Shown here one piece after another: positions 21,172-30,746 of a DNA stretch of 64,000 nt; positions within the stretch are counted from its first letter, which is position 1, and each line of letters begins with the position of its first letter. The notes under the pieces were generated by a model. That model was not told where the DNA came from, made no database searches, and saw only the letters and a list, made by a program, of their open reading frames with translations. The position numbers and the translations under genes were made by a program. Location of the stretch: contig CACPID010000001.1 in NCBI GenBank assembly GCA_902633965.1, positions 11,845-75,844 of the forward strand. Direction: 5' to 3'. This DNA comes from an uncultured Pelagibacteraceae bacterium. GTDB taxonomy: Bacteria; Pseudomonadota; Alphaproteobacteria; Pelagibacterales; Pelagibacteraceae.

Positions 21172-22599
21172 TTACTTGTCACTAACGTACACAGAAACAC
21201 CTCTAGCGTTGATATCTACATCAAATTTTTTATGAAGAGGAGGGAATGCTCTTTGTGAGCAATCTAATCTATCGCAGGTTCTACATGAAACACCAATTGG
21301 TATTTCAGTTTTTTTATCGTTAAGACTCAAATTTTCAGTGTAAACAAATTCTTTAGCATATTTAGCCTCGCAACCTAAGCCTATTGATAAAATACTTTTT
21401 GATTGACCAAATCTTCCAACACCTTTCTCTACAGTTCTTGCAATACAAACATATTTTTCACCATTGGTCATTTTACTTACAGCTGCTTGTATAACACCTG
21501 GTCTAGTAAATGCAGAATAAACATTCCATCTAGGACACGCCCCACCATATCTTGGAATTTCAATACCAGATAAAGAAAATCTTTTTGAGATATTTCCAGC
21601 AACATCAACTCTTAACATATGAAAAGGAATCCCTGGTAGTTTTGGATCTTGTAAACAAGTAACTCTATGAGCTACTTGTTCAAAGGATGTAGCAAAAGTA
21701 TTTTGAAGTAATTCTAAATCATATTTTAACTTTTTACATTCAGAATGAAAAAGTTTATACGGCATTAATATTGCTGCCCCACAATAGTTTAACAAAGCTA
21801 TTTGCGTTAAACTTTTAGATTCTTCAGAGGGAAATTTAAATTCAGATAAATAATCATTAATTATATCTATAGCACCTTCTTGAGCAATTTGCGCAGCTGC
21901 ATGAAGTTTTTTTGTTTCAAGTGAATTATAATCGCTTAATAAAAGTTCTTTTTTGTTTTTGTTATAAATTTTTGAAAATGGTTTTGACTCCTCAGGTATT
22001 ACATCTTTAACAGTAATTAAATATTCTGTTTTAAGAAATTCACAAAGAGCAATATATCTTGTACGATTGTTCATTTGTACTTTTTCAAAAACTTTATTTG
22101 CAAAATCTTCAAGTTTTGGAAAATAATTTTTCTTTTCTTGTAAAAAATCTGAAATTACTTCTCCTGGAAAACTAGTTTTTCTACTATCAATAATTTTGCC
22201 AGATAAACTTTCGACCTTATTAATCATCTCATGGTCTTTTTCTTTAAATTGGTCTCCAAGTTTTATTAACGCTCTTGCAATTTTAGGATTTGTATTTACG
22301 AGATCTTTTACCTCTGGACCAACAATATCTAAATCTTCAAATAATTGGTCGTCTAACAGTTCAGAAATGTCGTTAACTAAATTTAAATCAGATTTCTTTG
22401 TTAAATCAGAAAGCTCTATCTTCAATTCCTCACAAACCTTTAAAAGCAAATCCCCATCAATTTTTCTTTTCCCGCTTTCTATTAAGTTAAGGTAGCTTGC
22501 TGATATACCTAATTGCTCAGCCAGCTTATTTGCTTGAAGTCCTAATTGCCTCCTAAAAGACTTGATTTTTGGCCCTATTTTTAGATCTAATTGACTCAT
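21172..22599 (-). CDS. XRE-family short-chain fatty acyl-CoA regulator (RamB/PrpR/ScfR family)
   Basis: N-terminal HTH (SASYLNLIESGKR), SFEQVAHR, GNISKRFS, ACPRW and C-terminal CRTCDRLDCSQRAFP; divergent from aceA. Confidence 0.9.
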   Translation of the reverse strand: MSQLDLKIGPKIKSFRRQLGLQANKLAEQLGISASYLNLIESGKRKIDGDLLLKVCEELKIELSDLTKKSDLNLVNDISELLDDQLFEDLDIVGPEVKDLVNTNPKIARALIKLGDQFKEKDHEMINKVESLSGKIIDSRKTSFPGEVISDFLQEKKNYFPKLEDFANKVFEKVQMNNRTRYIALCEFLKTEYLITVKDVIPEESKPFSKIYNKNKKELLLSDYNSLETKKLHAAAQIAQEGAIDIINDYLSEFKFPSEESKSLTQIALLNYCGAAILMPYKLFHSECKKLKYDLELLQNTFATSFEQVAHRVTCLQDPKLPGIPFHMLRVDVAGNISKRFSLSGIEIPRYGGACPRWNVYSAFTRPGVIQAAVSKMTNGEKYVCIARTVEKGVGRFGQSKSILSIGLGCEAKYAKEFVYTENLSLNDKKTEIPIGVSCRTCDRLDCSQRAFPPLHKKFDVDINARGVSVYVSDK

Positions 22600-22607
22600 A
22601 TTTTCTA

Positions 22608-22711
22608 TTTGTAAATTTTGTAAATTATTATTTACAATAAATTTCCATATTTTACAAGCTTTTTAGAAAAAAAAGTAGCTTTTGTAAACTTTGTAAATTA
22701 TAAAGTTTACA
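22608..22711. promoter_or_regulatory. Repeated TTTGTAAA operator-like sites
   Basis: TTTGTAAA at 22608, 22617, 22681 and 22690, plus inverted TTTACA at 22631, 22651 and 22706. Confidence 0.65.
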
Positions 22712-22878
22712 TGAACGACAAAAACAAGATCAAAAACCAAGATAATAAGGCTCAAAACTACAATAATGAGCCTCAGAATCACGAAAATAGATCAGGAATT
22801 TATTTAAGAGATGATCATTGTGATTGGGGTTCAAGCGGTATGAATGAATTTACCAACGAATTTGGTAAAGATAATTAA
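22711..22878 (+). CDS. Small Asn-rich ORF (55 aa) upstream of aceA
   Basis: Manual translation MNDKNKIKNQDNKAQNYNNEPQNHENRSGIYLRDDHCDWGSSGMNEFTNEFGKDN; no SD sequence. Confidence 0.45.
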   Translation: MNDKNKIKNQDNKAQNYNNEPQNHENRSGIYLRDDHCDWGSSGMNEFTNEFGKDN

Positions 22879-22919
22879 TACCTCTAAGTCTTATAAATCT
22901 TACAAAATAGGAATTTAAT

Positions 22920-24197
22920 ATGAGCTCGGAAACTAAAGTTTCTTATGAATTAAAGAGATTTGCTGGAATTAAAAGAGATTACACACCAGAGGAAGTGGAA
23001 AGATTAAGGGGCTCAATAAAAATTGAATATTCAATGTGCAAACATCAATCTCAAAAGCTTTGGAGATTATTAAACACAGAACCATATGTTAATACATTAG
23101 GTTCTTTATCAGGAAATCATGCAGTGCAACATGCAAAAGCAGGTTTAAAAGCAATCTATTTAAGTGGATGGCAGGTAGCAGCTGATGCAAACAGTGCAGG
23201 AGAAATGTATCCAGATCAATCGTTATACCCGTATGATAGTGCTCCTAAATTAGTTGAGTCAATGAATAATGCTTTAACAAGAGCAGATCAGATTCAACAC
23301 ATGGAAATAAAAGATGGAGACATGAAATCAAAAGATAGAGTAGATTACATGCTACCAATTATTGCTGATGGCGAGGCAGGCTTTGGTGGACCTTTAAACG
23401 TTTTTGAACTAGCTAAAAAATTTATTCGGGCTGGAGCTGCAGGAGTACATTTTGAAGACCAGTTAGCAAGTGAAAAAAAATGTGGTCACATGGGTGGTAA
23501 AGTTTTAGTACCTACAGGCACAATGATTAAGAATTTAAAGGCTGCAAGACTCGCTGCAGACATTGCAGATGTTCCATTAATTATTTTAGCTAGAACTGAT
23601 GCTAATGCCGCAAAACTAATTACAAATGACCATGACGAAAATGATAAACCTTTTTTAACAGGAGAAAGATCTCCTGAAGGTTTTTACTACGTAAAACATG
23701 GAATTGAACAAGCAATATCTCGAGGATTAGCATATGCGCCTTACTCGGATTTAATATGGTGTGAAACAGCAACACCTAATTTGGAAGAGGCTAAAAAATT
23801 TGCTGATGCAATACATTCAAAATATCCTGGAAAATTATTAGCTTATAATTGCTCTCCGTCTTTTAATTGGAAAAAACATTTATCGGATGCGGAAATATCT
23901 ACATTCCAACAAAAAATAAGTGAAATGGGATATAAGTTTCAATTTATAACTCTAGCAGGATTTCATACTCAGAATATTGCAATATTTGAATTAGCTGAAA
24001 AATATAAAAAAGAAGGTATGACAGCATATTCAAGAATTCAACAGCAAGAATTTGCAAGAGAAAAAGATGGTTATACTAGTGTAAAACATCAGCGTGAAGT
24101 TGGAACATCATACTTCGATGCAGTTTCCAATACTATTAGTGGTGGGCAAAGCTCAACTACCGCAATGGAAGGCTCTACAGAGTCAGAACAGTTTTAA
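22920..24197 (+). CDS. aceA: Isocitrate lyase
   Basis: KKCGHMGGK catalytic motif, [10 protein letters not shown] and [10 protein letters not shown]. Confidence 0.97.
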   Translation: MSSETKVSYELKRFAGIKRDYTPEEVERLRGSIKIEYSMCKHQSQKLWRLLNTEPYVNTLGSLSGNHAVQHAKAGLKAIYLSGWQVAADANSAGEMYPDQSLYPYDSAPKLVESMNNALTRADQIQHMEIKDGDMKSKDRVDYMLPIIADGEAGFGGPLNVFELAKKFIRAGAAGVHFEDQLASEKKCGHMGGKVLVPTGTMIKNLKAARLAADIADVPLIILARTDANAAKLITNDHDENDKPFLTGERSPEGFYYVKHGIEQAISRGLAYAPYSDLIWCETATPNLEEAKKFADAIHSKYPGKLLAYNCSPSFNWKKHLSDAEISTFQQKISEMGYKFQFITLAGFHTQNIAIFELAEKYKKEGMTAYSRIQQQEFAREKDGYTSVKHQREVGTSYFDAVSNTISGGQSSTTAMEGSTESEQF

Positions 24198-24221
24198 TCC
24201 CTAAAATAATATATAAGTTAG

Positions 24222-24254
24222 ATTATAACCCTAGATAAAAACTAGGGTTATAAT
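24222..24254 (+). terminator. Hairpin after aceA, probable terminator
   Basis: 13-bp inverted repeat ATTATAACCCTAG/CTAGGGTTATAAT. Confidence 0.65.
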
Positions 24255-24275
24255 TTAATTATGCTATAATTAATT

Positions 24276-24341
24276 AAGGGGTGTCTTAATTGACTGAGAA
24301 TATACCCTTTGAACCTGTCCGGTAATTCAGAAAGGGAATTT
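24276..24341 (+). ncRNA. TPP-riboswitch-like leader (minimal, variant P4/P5 arm)
   Basis: GGGGTG...CTGAGAA..ATACCC...GAACCTG...TAAT...AGGGAA hallmarks; preceded by extended -10 TGcTATAAT (24262-24270); ends 1 nt before the ATG. Confidence 0.85.
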
Positions 24342-25778
24342 ATGGAAAAAACTTATTTTTTAAATCAATCAACAGCACTAATTATTGTTATTACAATTTG
24401 TTTTATTTTCGCAATTCTTGGCATTAACTATTCTAAAAAATTTAAAGGTATTAACAATTATTTAACAGCAAATAGAAATATCGGTTTTTTTTCATTAAGC
24501 ACAAGTCTTACCGCTTCTGCACTTGGTGCTTGGATTTTATTTGGACCAGCTTCTGCAGCAACATGGGGTGGAATTGGTGCTGTAATTGGATATGCTTTAG
24601 GAACAGCGTTTCCGATGATTTTTTTTATAATGCTTGGAAAAAAAATTAGAAAAGAATTTCCAAAGGGATCATCACTTATACAGTTTTTAAGAAAAAAATT
24701 TAGCAAAAATCTCTTTAAATTAATTTTACTGATGACTGTATTTTATCTATTCATTTTTTTATGTGCAGAAATAACAGCTGTGAGTATTTTAATAAATTAT
24801 ATCTCTGGAACACAGTTGTGGCTCACAGCGTTAATAGTTCTGTTAGGAACTTTGACCTATACTCTTTATGGTGGATTAAGAGCTTCAATATTTACTGACA
24901 ATATTCAAATGATTGTCATTACCATTTTGTTATTAACATCAGGAATTTATTTATGGTCATATACTGGAAGTGAATTTTCATTTTCATTTATAAATAAAAA
25001 AAATCCTCATTTGCTAAGTTTTGAACATGTAGCAAACTATACAGCTGGTATAACTTTTTTTGTTGCAGTTGCTGCAACAAATCTTTTCCACCAAGGAAAT
25101 TGGCAAAGAGTTTATGCAGCAAAAAATAATAATATTTTAATTAAAAGTTTATTGATTTCATTTTTTGTTATTATTCCAATAGTTTTTTTTATGGGATTCT
25201 GTGGCCTAGTTGCAATATCGGTTGATCCTAATGTGGTACCTGATTTAGGATTTTTCTCATTACTCTTTAAAGATCAAACTGAATTTTTATCATTAATAAT
25301 TATAATATTAGGTTTATCTCTAACCATAAGCACAGTTGATACACTTGTTAATGCTGTATCAAGTTTAGTTGTTGTTGATGGAAAGGCAACATTCAATATT
25401 AAATCTAAAGTAGATTTTTTAAAATTATCTAAATATTTTATAATTATATTATCAATAATTGCCTTTTTTATAGCATCAAAAGGATATAGTGTTTTGTACT
25501 TATTTTTATTAGCAGATCTTTTTTGTTGTGCGTTTGCTTTAACTGTTTTCTATAGTTTTTATAATAAAAAATTGAAAGAAAAAACTGCATTTGCATCTAT
25601 TTTAATAGGGTTGATAGGTGGATTTCTTCTATTCCCTGCGCCTGATTTTTCTAAAAGCTTGTTAGTCGGCATTATTTTACCTCTAGAATTTTTCCCGATT
25701 TTTGTGACACAATCATTATTATTTTTATCATTTGTAGTTGCTACAATTCTCCCAGTGCTAATTTGGAAGTTGAGATAA
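24342..25778 (+). CDS. thiV: Sodium:solute symporter, ThiV-like thiamin-precursor (HMP) transporter
   Basis: SSS features (SALGAWILFGP, YTLYGGLRASIFTD, QGNWQRVYAAK) plus TPP-type leader. Start MEKTYFL. Confidence 0.78.
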   Translation: MEKTYFLNQSTALIIVITICFIFAILGINYSKKFKGINNYLTANRNIGFFSLSTSLTASALGAWILFGPASAATWGGIGAVIGYALGTAFPMIFFIMLGKKIRKEFPKGSSLIQFLRKKFSKNLFKLILLMTVFYLFIFLCAEITAVSILINYISGTQLWLTALIVLLGTLTYTLYGGLRASIFTDNIQMIVITILLLTSGIYLWSYTGSEFSFSFINKKNPHLLSFEHVANYTAGITFFVAVAATNLFHQGNWQRVYAAKNNNILIKSLLISFFVIIPIVFFMGFCGLVAISVDPNVVPDLGFFSLLFKDQTEFLSLIIIILGLSLTISTVDTLVNAVSSLVVVDGKATFNIKSKVDFLKLSKYFIIILSIIAFFIASKGYSVLYLFLLADLFCCAFALTVFYSFYNKKLKEKTAFASILIGLIGGFLLFPAPDFSKSLLVGIILPLEFFPIFVTQSLLFLSFVVATILPVLIWKLR

Positions 25779-25803
25779 TTGTTTTAATATATAATATATT
25801 AGT

Positions 25804-26913
25804 ATGTTAGATTTTATAATACCTTTCATGGTTCTAATCTTAGTAGTTGTATTTATACATGAGTATGGACACTATTATTTTGCAAAAAAATTTGGTGTTG
25901 GTGTAACAGATTTTTCAATTGGTTTTGGCAAGGAATTATTCGGCTGGAATGACAAATCTGGCACAAGGTGGAAAATTTGCTGGATTCCTTTAGGAGGCTA
26001 TGTAAAATTTTTTGGTGATAGAAATGTATTTTCTCAGGCTGATCACGATGAAATAATTAAAAAATATAATGAAAAAGAAAGAGAGAAACTTTTTACCTTA
26101 AAACCTCTATATCAACGAGCTATCATTGTTGCGGCAGGCCCAATAGCTAATTTTATATTAGCAGCTATTATATTTTTATTTATTTACATGTTTGTAGGCA
26201 AAGATTTTACACCTGCAGTTATTAATGAAGTTCAAATAGAAAGTCCTGCTGAAAAAGCTGGTTTAAAAAAAAATGATATAATCTTAGAAATTGATGGCAC
26301 GAAGGTTGAAAGTGTTCTTGATGTTTCAAAATTAATAACAATGTCTACATCTGAGTTTATTGATTTTAAAGTATCGAGATATGAAAAAGATCTATTCTTA
26401 AAAATAAAACCTAATATTATCGCTACTGAGGATAATTTAGGAAACAAGATAAATAAAAGAGTTGTTGGTATTGTAATAGGTGCCTTTAATGACAAAGTAA
26501 ATCATGTAAAACTTGGACCTTTAAAAGCGTTATATTATTCAGTTAACGAAGTTTATTTTGTTACTTCCTCGACGCTTAGTTATTTGGGCTCAATGATTTT
26601 CGGTGATGCTGATACATCCCAACTTGGTGGCCCAATTAGAATTGCTAAAATTTCAGGGCAGGTGGCACAATTTGGAATTATACCTTTTTTGAGCATGATG
26701 GCGTATATATCAATAAGTTTAGGCTTGATTAACCTTTTCCCAATACCTTTGTTAGACGGTGGACATTTAATGTTTTATGGTTTTGAAAAAATTTTAGGGA
26801 GACCTCTAAGCCAAAAAACGCAAGAAGGTTTTTTTCGAATCGGAATGTTTTTAGTTTTATCTTTAATGTTTTTTGCAACCTATAATGACCTCAAAGATTT
26901 AGGTCTATTTTAA
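25804..26913 (+). CDS. rseP: RIP metalloprotease RseP
   Basis: HEYGH, FSIGFG, PDZ domain and NLFPIPLLDGGH. Confidence 0.95.
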   Translation: MLDFIIPFMVLILVVVFIHEYGHYYFAKKFGVGVTDFSIGFGKELFGWNDKSGTRWKICWIPLGGYVKFFGDRNVFSQADHDEIIKKYNEKEREKLFTLKPLYQRAIIVAAGPIANFILAAIIFLFIYMFVGKDFTPAVINEVQIESPAEKAGLKKNDIILEIDGTKVESVLDVSKLITMSTSEFIDFKVSRYEKDLFLKIKPNIIATEDNLGNKINKRVVGIVIGAFNDKVNHVKLGPLKALYYSVNEVYFVTSSTLSYLGSMIFGDADTSQLGGPIRIAKISGQVAQFGIIPFLSMMAYISISLGLINLFPIPLLDGGHLMFYGFEKILGRPLSQKTQEGFFRIGMFLVLSLMFFATYNDLKDLGLF

Positions 26914-26960
26914 AGGATTTTTTAAACATCAAAAAAGCAAGTAAAATCAACACTTTTTAA

Positions 26961-26976
26961 ACACAATATATTGTGT
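26961..26976. promoter_or_regulatory. Perfect palindrome matching the NrdR-box consensus
   Basis: ACACAATATATTGTGT upstream of the HU gene. Confidence 0.5.
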
Positions 26977-27062
26977 GAAAAAACAATTAAACCACTAAAA
27001 AAAAGCTTGAAAAATAGGGTATTTTGTTAAGTATGTAAATAACCTTTAAAACCGGAGCTAAA

Positions 27063-27338
27063 ATGAACAAAAAACAATTAGTAGCAAAGCTTTCTGGAAG
27101 CTTGAATTTAAGTAAAGCTGATGCGGAGCGTACTTTTGATACTATTACCAACACAATACTGGATGCCTTAAAAGGCGATGATTCAGTGAAAATTGCTGGT
27201 TTTGGTACTTATAAAGTAGCTAAAAGAAAAGCTAGAATTGGACGTAATCCAAGAACTGGAGAGCAAATCCAAATTGCTGCATCGCAAAAAGTTAAGTTTT
27301 TGCCTGCGAAAGCACTTAAAGAAATTTTTAACAAATAA
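27063..27338 (+). CDS. hup: HU family DNA-binding protein
   Basis: MNKKQLV...GFGTY...ARIGRNPRTGE. Confidence 0.95.
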   Translation: MNKKQLVAKLSGSLNLSKADAERTFDTITNTILDALKGDDSVKIAGFGTYKVAKRKARIGRNPRTGEQIQIAASQKVKFLPAKALKEIFNK

Positions 27339-27346
27339 TTTCTTCC

Positions 27347-27383
27347 AACAGCCTTTATTGATGAAAATTGATAAAGGCTGTTT
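27347..27383 (+). terminator. Probable terminator after hup
   Basis: 12-bp stem AACAGCCTTTAT/ATAAAGGCTGTT. Confidence 0.7.
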
Positions 27384-27479
27384 CTATATGCAATAAATGC
27401 ATACCTAATTTTTCCAATCAACATTAGTTTTAAGTTAAAAAAAAAATATAACCACTCTTTTAATAATAAGGGAGGTTTT

Positions 27480-28778
27480 ATGAAAAAACTTTTAAATAAA
27501 TTAGTTGGTCCAGTAATAAGTTTGCTGTTTTTACTAAACATGAACAGTACTGCTTATGCGGATACAACTGTCTCAGCAGAGGTTGGTTTTATATTTAACA
27601 CACTACTTTTCTTAATTTGTGGTTTCTTAGTCATGTTTATGGCTGCAGGTTTCGCAATGTTGGAATCAGGAATGGTTACATCAAAAAGCGTATCAGTAAT
27701 TTGTGCAAAAAATATAGGCCTATTCTCTATAGCTGCGATTATGTTTTGGTTAGTGGGTTATAATTTAGCTTATGGAATACCAGCTGGTGGATATATTGGT
27801 AAATTCATTCCGTGGTCAGATGCAAGTAAAATTGCAACGGGTTACGCTGATGGATCAGATTGGTATTTCCAAATGGTTTTTTGTGCAACGACTGTATCTA
27901 TTGTTTCAGGAACTTTAGCTGAAAGAATTAAATTATGGCCATTCTTTTTATTTGCTGCAATTCTATCAGGAATTTTATATCCAATCGTAATGGGTTGGCA
28001 GTGGGGTGGTGGCTGGTTAGCTGCAAGAGGTTTTTCGGACTTTGCAGGATCAACACTTGTTCACTCAACTGGAGGTGCTGCTGCTTTAGCAGGAGCAATC
28101 ATATTAGGTCCTAGACTTGGTCGATTTACCAAAAAAGGTGAGGCGGCTCCAATCAAACCATTTGCTGCATCATCTATACCATTAGTAACACTTGGAGTGT
28201 TCGTGCTTTGGTTAGGTTGGTTTGGATTTAATGGTGGATCGCAACTTGCAATGGGAACAGCTAACGATGCTATAGCGGTATCTAAAATTTTCATTAATAC
28301 ATTATTAGCAGGTGCTGGCGGAGTAATGGCAGCTGGTGCGGTAACAAAAATATCTGGTAAGACAGATGTTGTGCAAATGTTAAATGGATGTATTGGTGGT
28401 TTAGTAGCAATTACTGCAGAACCTTTAATGCCTTCACCTTTAGCTTCAATTTTAATTGGTGCAGTTGGTGGTATAATAGTGGTTTACGGTACGAAGTTCC
28501 TATTCTCTATGAAAATAGATGATGTAGTTGGAGCGGTACCAGCACACTTATTTGCAGGTATTTGGGGAACTTTAATTGTTCCAGCAACTAACTCAGGCGC
28601 TAACTTTGGAACTCAATTAATCGGAGTACTTTCAATAAACATATTTGTATTCGTTGTTGCATACATTGTATGGTCCCTAATGAAAGCTACAATGGGTATT
28701 AGATTGAGTAAAGAGGCAGAGCTGAAAGGAACAGACGTTTCCGAGACAGGAGTTATTGCATACTCAATAAGAGATTAG
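27480..28778 (+). CDS. amtB: Ammonium transporter
   Basis: FQMVFCA, DFAGSTLVH, WFGFNGGS and DDVVGAVPAH. Confidence 0.96.
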   Translation: MKKLLNKLVGPVISLLFLLNMNSTAYADTTVSAEVGFIFNTLLFLICGFLVMFMAAGFAMLESGMVTSKSVSVICAKNIGLFSIAAIMFWLVGYNLAYGIPAGGYIGKFIPWSDASKIATGYADGSDWYFQMVFCATTVSIVSGTLAERIKLWPFFLFAAILSGILYPIVMGWQWGGGWLAARGFSDFAGSTLVHSTGGAAALAGAIILGPRLGRFTKKGEAAPIKPFAASSIPLVTLGVFVLWLGWFGFNGGSQLAMGTANDAIAVSKIFINTLLAGAGGVMAAGAVTKISGKTDVVQMLNGCIGGLVAITAEPLMPSPLASILIGAVGGIIVVYGTKFLFSMKIDDVVGAVPAHLFAGIWGTLIVPATNSGANFGTQLIGVLSINIFVFVVAYIVWSLMKATMGIRLSKEAELKGTDVSETGVIAYSIRD

Positions 28779-28813
28779 TTAACAACAATTCCCTTTTTAG
28801 TTAACAATAAAAT

Positions 28814-28838
28814 AGGCCCGAGAAATCGGGCCTTTTTT
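28814..28838 (+). terminator. Intrinsic terminator after amtB
   Basis: AGGCCCGA-GAAA-TCGGGCC followed by a T-run. Confidence 0.88.
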
Positions 28839-29829
28839 ATTTATAATTGTTATCATCCCATAGTTTTTTATAATCTATAAATGGTGATAATCCATAACCA
28901 GAATTGATATTTGTGATATGCACTGTAAGAGATTGCACAGGGGAAATACAAACTTCCTTTTCATATATTTCATTAAAATATTTTTCCCAAGGGTCATTTA
29001 AATCAGAGCAAGTTTTAAGAAAAATGTCCCAATATTTTTCAATAAAGAGCTTAGATACCATGAAGGTCATTAAACTTTTGGATGTAGTTCGCCAATGTCG
29101 TTTGCTTCCTATCAAAAGGTTAGTTTTTTCATTATCCATGTACAAAAAAGGATAATCTGCGGGACATATAAATAACTCTTTTTTTAACTGCGAGGAAATT
29201 CTTTCATATGAAGATACCATTTCATCTAATGCGGTTTCTAGATGAATATAATCATCTTCTAAAAAATAAACTAAATCCTCACCTTCTTTTTTACCAACTT
29301 CAAAAGCTCGAAGTAAGGTTGATAAATTTGAAAAGTTTTCTCTTTTTTCTTGCTTCTTTATTATATTTTCATGAATTGATAGATCATGATTAATAATATC
29401 TGCATTAACCTCATTTTTTTTTAATAAGTCCTTGATAGTGGATAAATTTTCCTCAGTTGATTTATCGTCAATAATTTTTAAATCAACTTTAACTTGAGGA
29501 TTGTTTTTCTTCAAAAATTTGATTGCTTTTATTACTGAAAATAGAGCTCTACAGACATACTCTATTTTAGGTTTATCAAATATTCTTTTTCTATTTTGAT
29601 TCCACATCTCAACATTTGTATTTGTTCTAAAAATAATTAATAAAGAGCTTACTTTTCTAGTGAGCTTAACTTCTCCTAAAGGTAAAACGATAGATTTTTT
29701 TATACTTGATAAGTTTTCATTAAGTTTTTTTTCAAGAGTAGGAGATTTAAATTCATTTTGATCTATTAATTCTAGGTCAAGAGCTTTAGCTAGTTTAATA
29801 AAAAATTTTTTTAGGATGTTTTTTTTCAT
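28837..29829 (-). CDS. Glycosyltransferase family 2-like protein
   Basis: IIDDKST and YFLEDDYIH (DxD-like) motifs; start at MKKNIL. Confidence 0.65.
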   Translation of the reverse strand: MKKNILKKFFIKLAKALDLELIDQNEFKSPTLEKKLNENLSSIKKSIVLPLGEVKLTRKVSSLLIIFRTNTNVEMWNQNRKRIFDKPKIEYVCRALFSVIKAIKFLKKNNPQVKVDLKIIDDKSTEENLSTIKDLLKKNEVNADIINHDLSIHENIIKKQEKRENFSNLSTLLRAFEVGKKEGEDLVYFLEDDYIHLETALDEMVSSYERISSQLKKELFICPADYPFLYMDNEKTNLLIGSKRHWRTTSKSLMTFMVSKLFIEKYWDIFLKTCSDLNDPWEKYFNEIYEKEVCISPVQSLTVHITNINSGYGLSPFIDYKKLWDDNNYK

Positions 29830-29858
29830 TTTTTTTGATATTAACAATCTAATTTATT

Positions 29859-30242
29859 ATGACTATAAAATCATCACAAAATCTTGTCGAAGATGCTCTT
29901 AAAGAGATTAAAACTATTTCACCTGAAGAGGCTTTAAGTAAATTCAATGAAAATAAGTGTAATTTAATCGACATAAGGGATATTAGAGAACTTCAAAATT
30001 CAGGTAAGATTGAGAACTCATTACATATCCCAAGAGGTATGCTTGAGTTCTGGATGGATCCTAACGGTTCTTATTTTAAAGAGGGTAAAGTTGATATGGA
30101 GAAAGAGATAGTTTTATTTTGTGCAGGTGGATTGAGATCTGCATTGGGCGCCAAATCTTTAAAAGATATGGGTTTTAAAAAAGTCTCTCATGTTGATGGT
30201 GGTTTCGGTGCAATGAAAACCAAAGGTTTTAAAATAACCTAA
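29859..30242 (+). CDS. Rhodanese-like protein
   Basis: IDIRD, PRGMLEFW and FCAGGLRS. Confidence 0.9.
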   Translation: MTIKSSQNLVEDALKEIKTISPEEALSKFNENKCNLIDIRDIRELQNSGKIENSLHIPRGMLEFWMDPNGSYFKEGKVDMEKEIVLFCAGGLRSALGAKSLKDMGFKKVSHVDGGFGAMKTKGFKIT

Positions 30243-30244
30243 GT

Positions 30245-30718
30245 TTAATCAAATAAAGTAATTCGCTTAGAATAAAAAATTCTTATAATCCAGTATAAAA
30301 ATATTCCTAAAACTCCAATAAAATAAGTTATCAGAAGAGGTATAATAATTAAAAATTTATTTATGAGTAATTTTTGACTATCTCTAACTATCCAGGATCC
30401 ACAAAATAAGTTTATTGCTAGGAAATGAGTCCAAAAAGTAATTAGAAAAAAGTTATCACTAAAAAGATCATTCAATTCAATAATTCCTAGGTACAATTTA
30501 AAATTATCTAAAAAATTGTAATCAAATTTATATAAAAGAAATAATAAATAAGTATAAACTGAACCAAGCACTAGATAAGGAAAGATAGAAGTTACAAAAT
30601 ATCTACAAATATTTGATTGTGGAAAAAAAATTAAAATGAACCAAAATGGCAAAACACCAATGTTCAACCATAGATATATCATTTCCATACTAAAAAAATC
30701 AGATATTTGCTCAATCAT
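30245..30718 (-). CDS. ABA4-like/DUF4281 membrane protein
   Basis: VLPFWFILIFFP and WTHFLAINLFCG. Confidence 0.75.
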   Translation of the reverse strand: MIEQISDFFSMEMIYLWLNIGVLPFWFILIFFPQSNICRYFVTSIFPYLVLGSVYTYLLFLLYKFDYNFLDNFKLYLGIIELNDLFSDNFFLITFWTHFLAINLFCGSWIVRDSQKLLINKFLIIIPLLITYFIGVLGIFLYWIIRIFYSKRITLFD

Positions 30719-30746
30719 AAAAAAATATAATATATTAAATTACTAA

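Noticed and set aside
24309-24341. N-terminal extension of the SSS transporter from the ORF track
   Set aside because: It lies inside the riboswitch; the ATG at 24342 with its SD is more plausible.
27387-27403. TATGCA-N5-TGCATA palindrome upstream of amtB as an NtrC site
   Set aside because: The spacing does not match TGCACC-N5-GGTGCA and no sigma54 -24/-12 element was seen; it could be chance.
28775-28807. Direct repeat TTAGTTAACAA twice after amtB
   Set aside because: Only two short AT-rich copies; not a CRISPR array or a recognisable att site.
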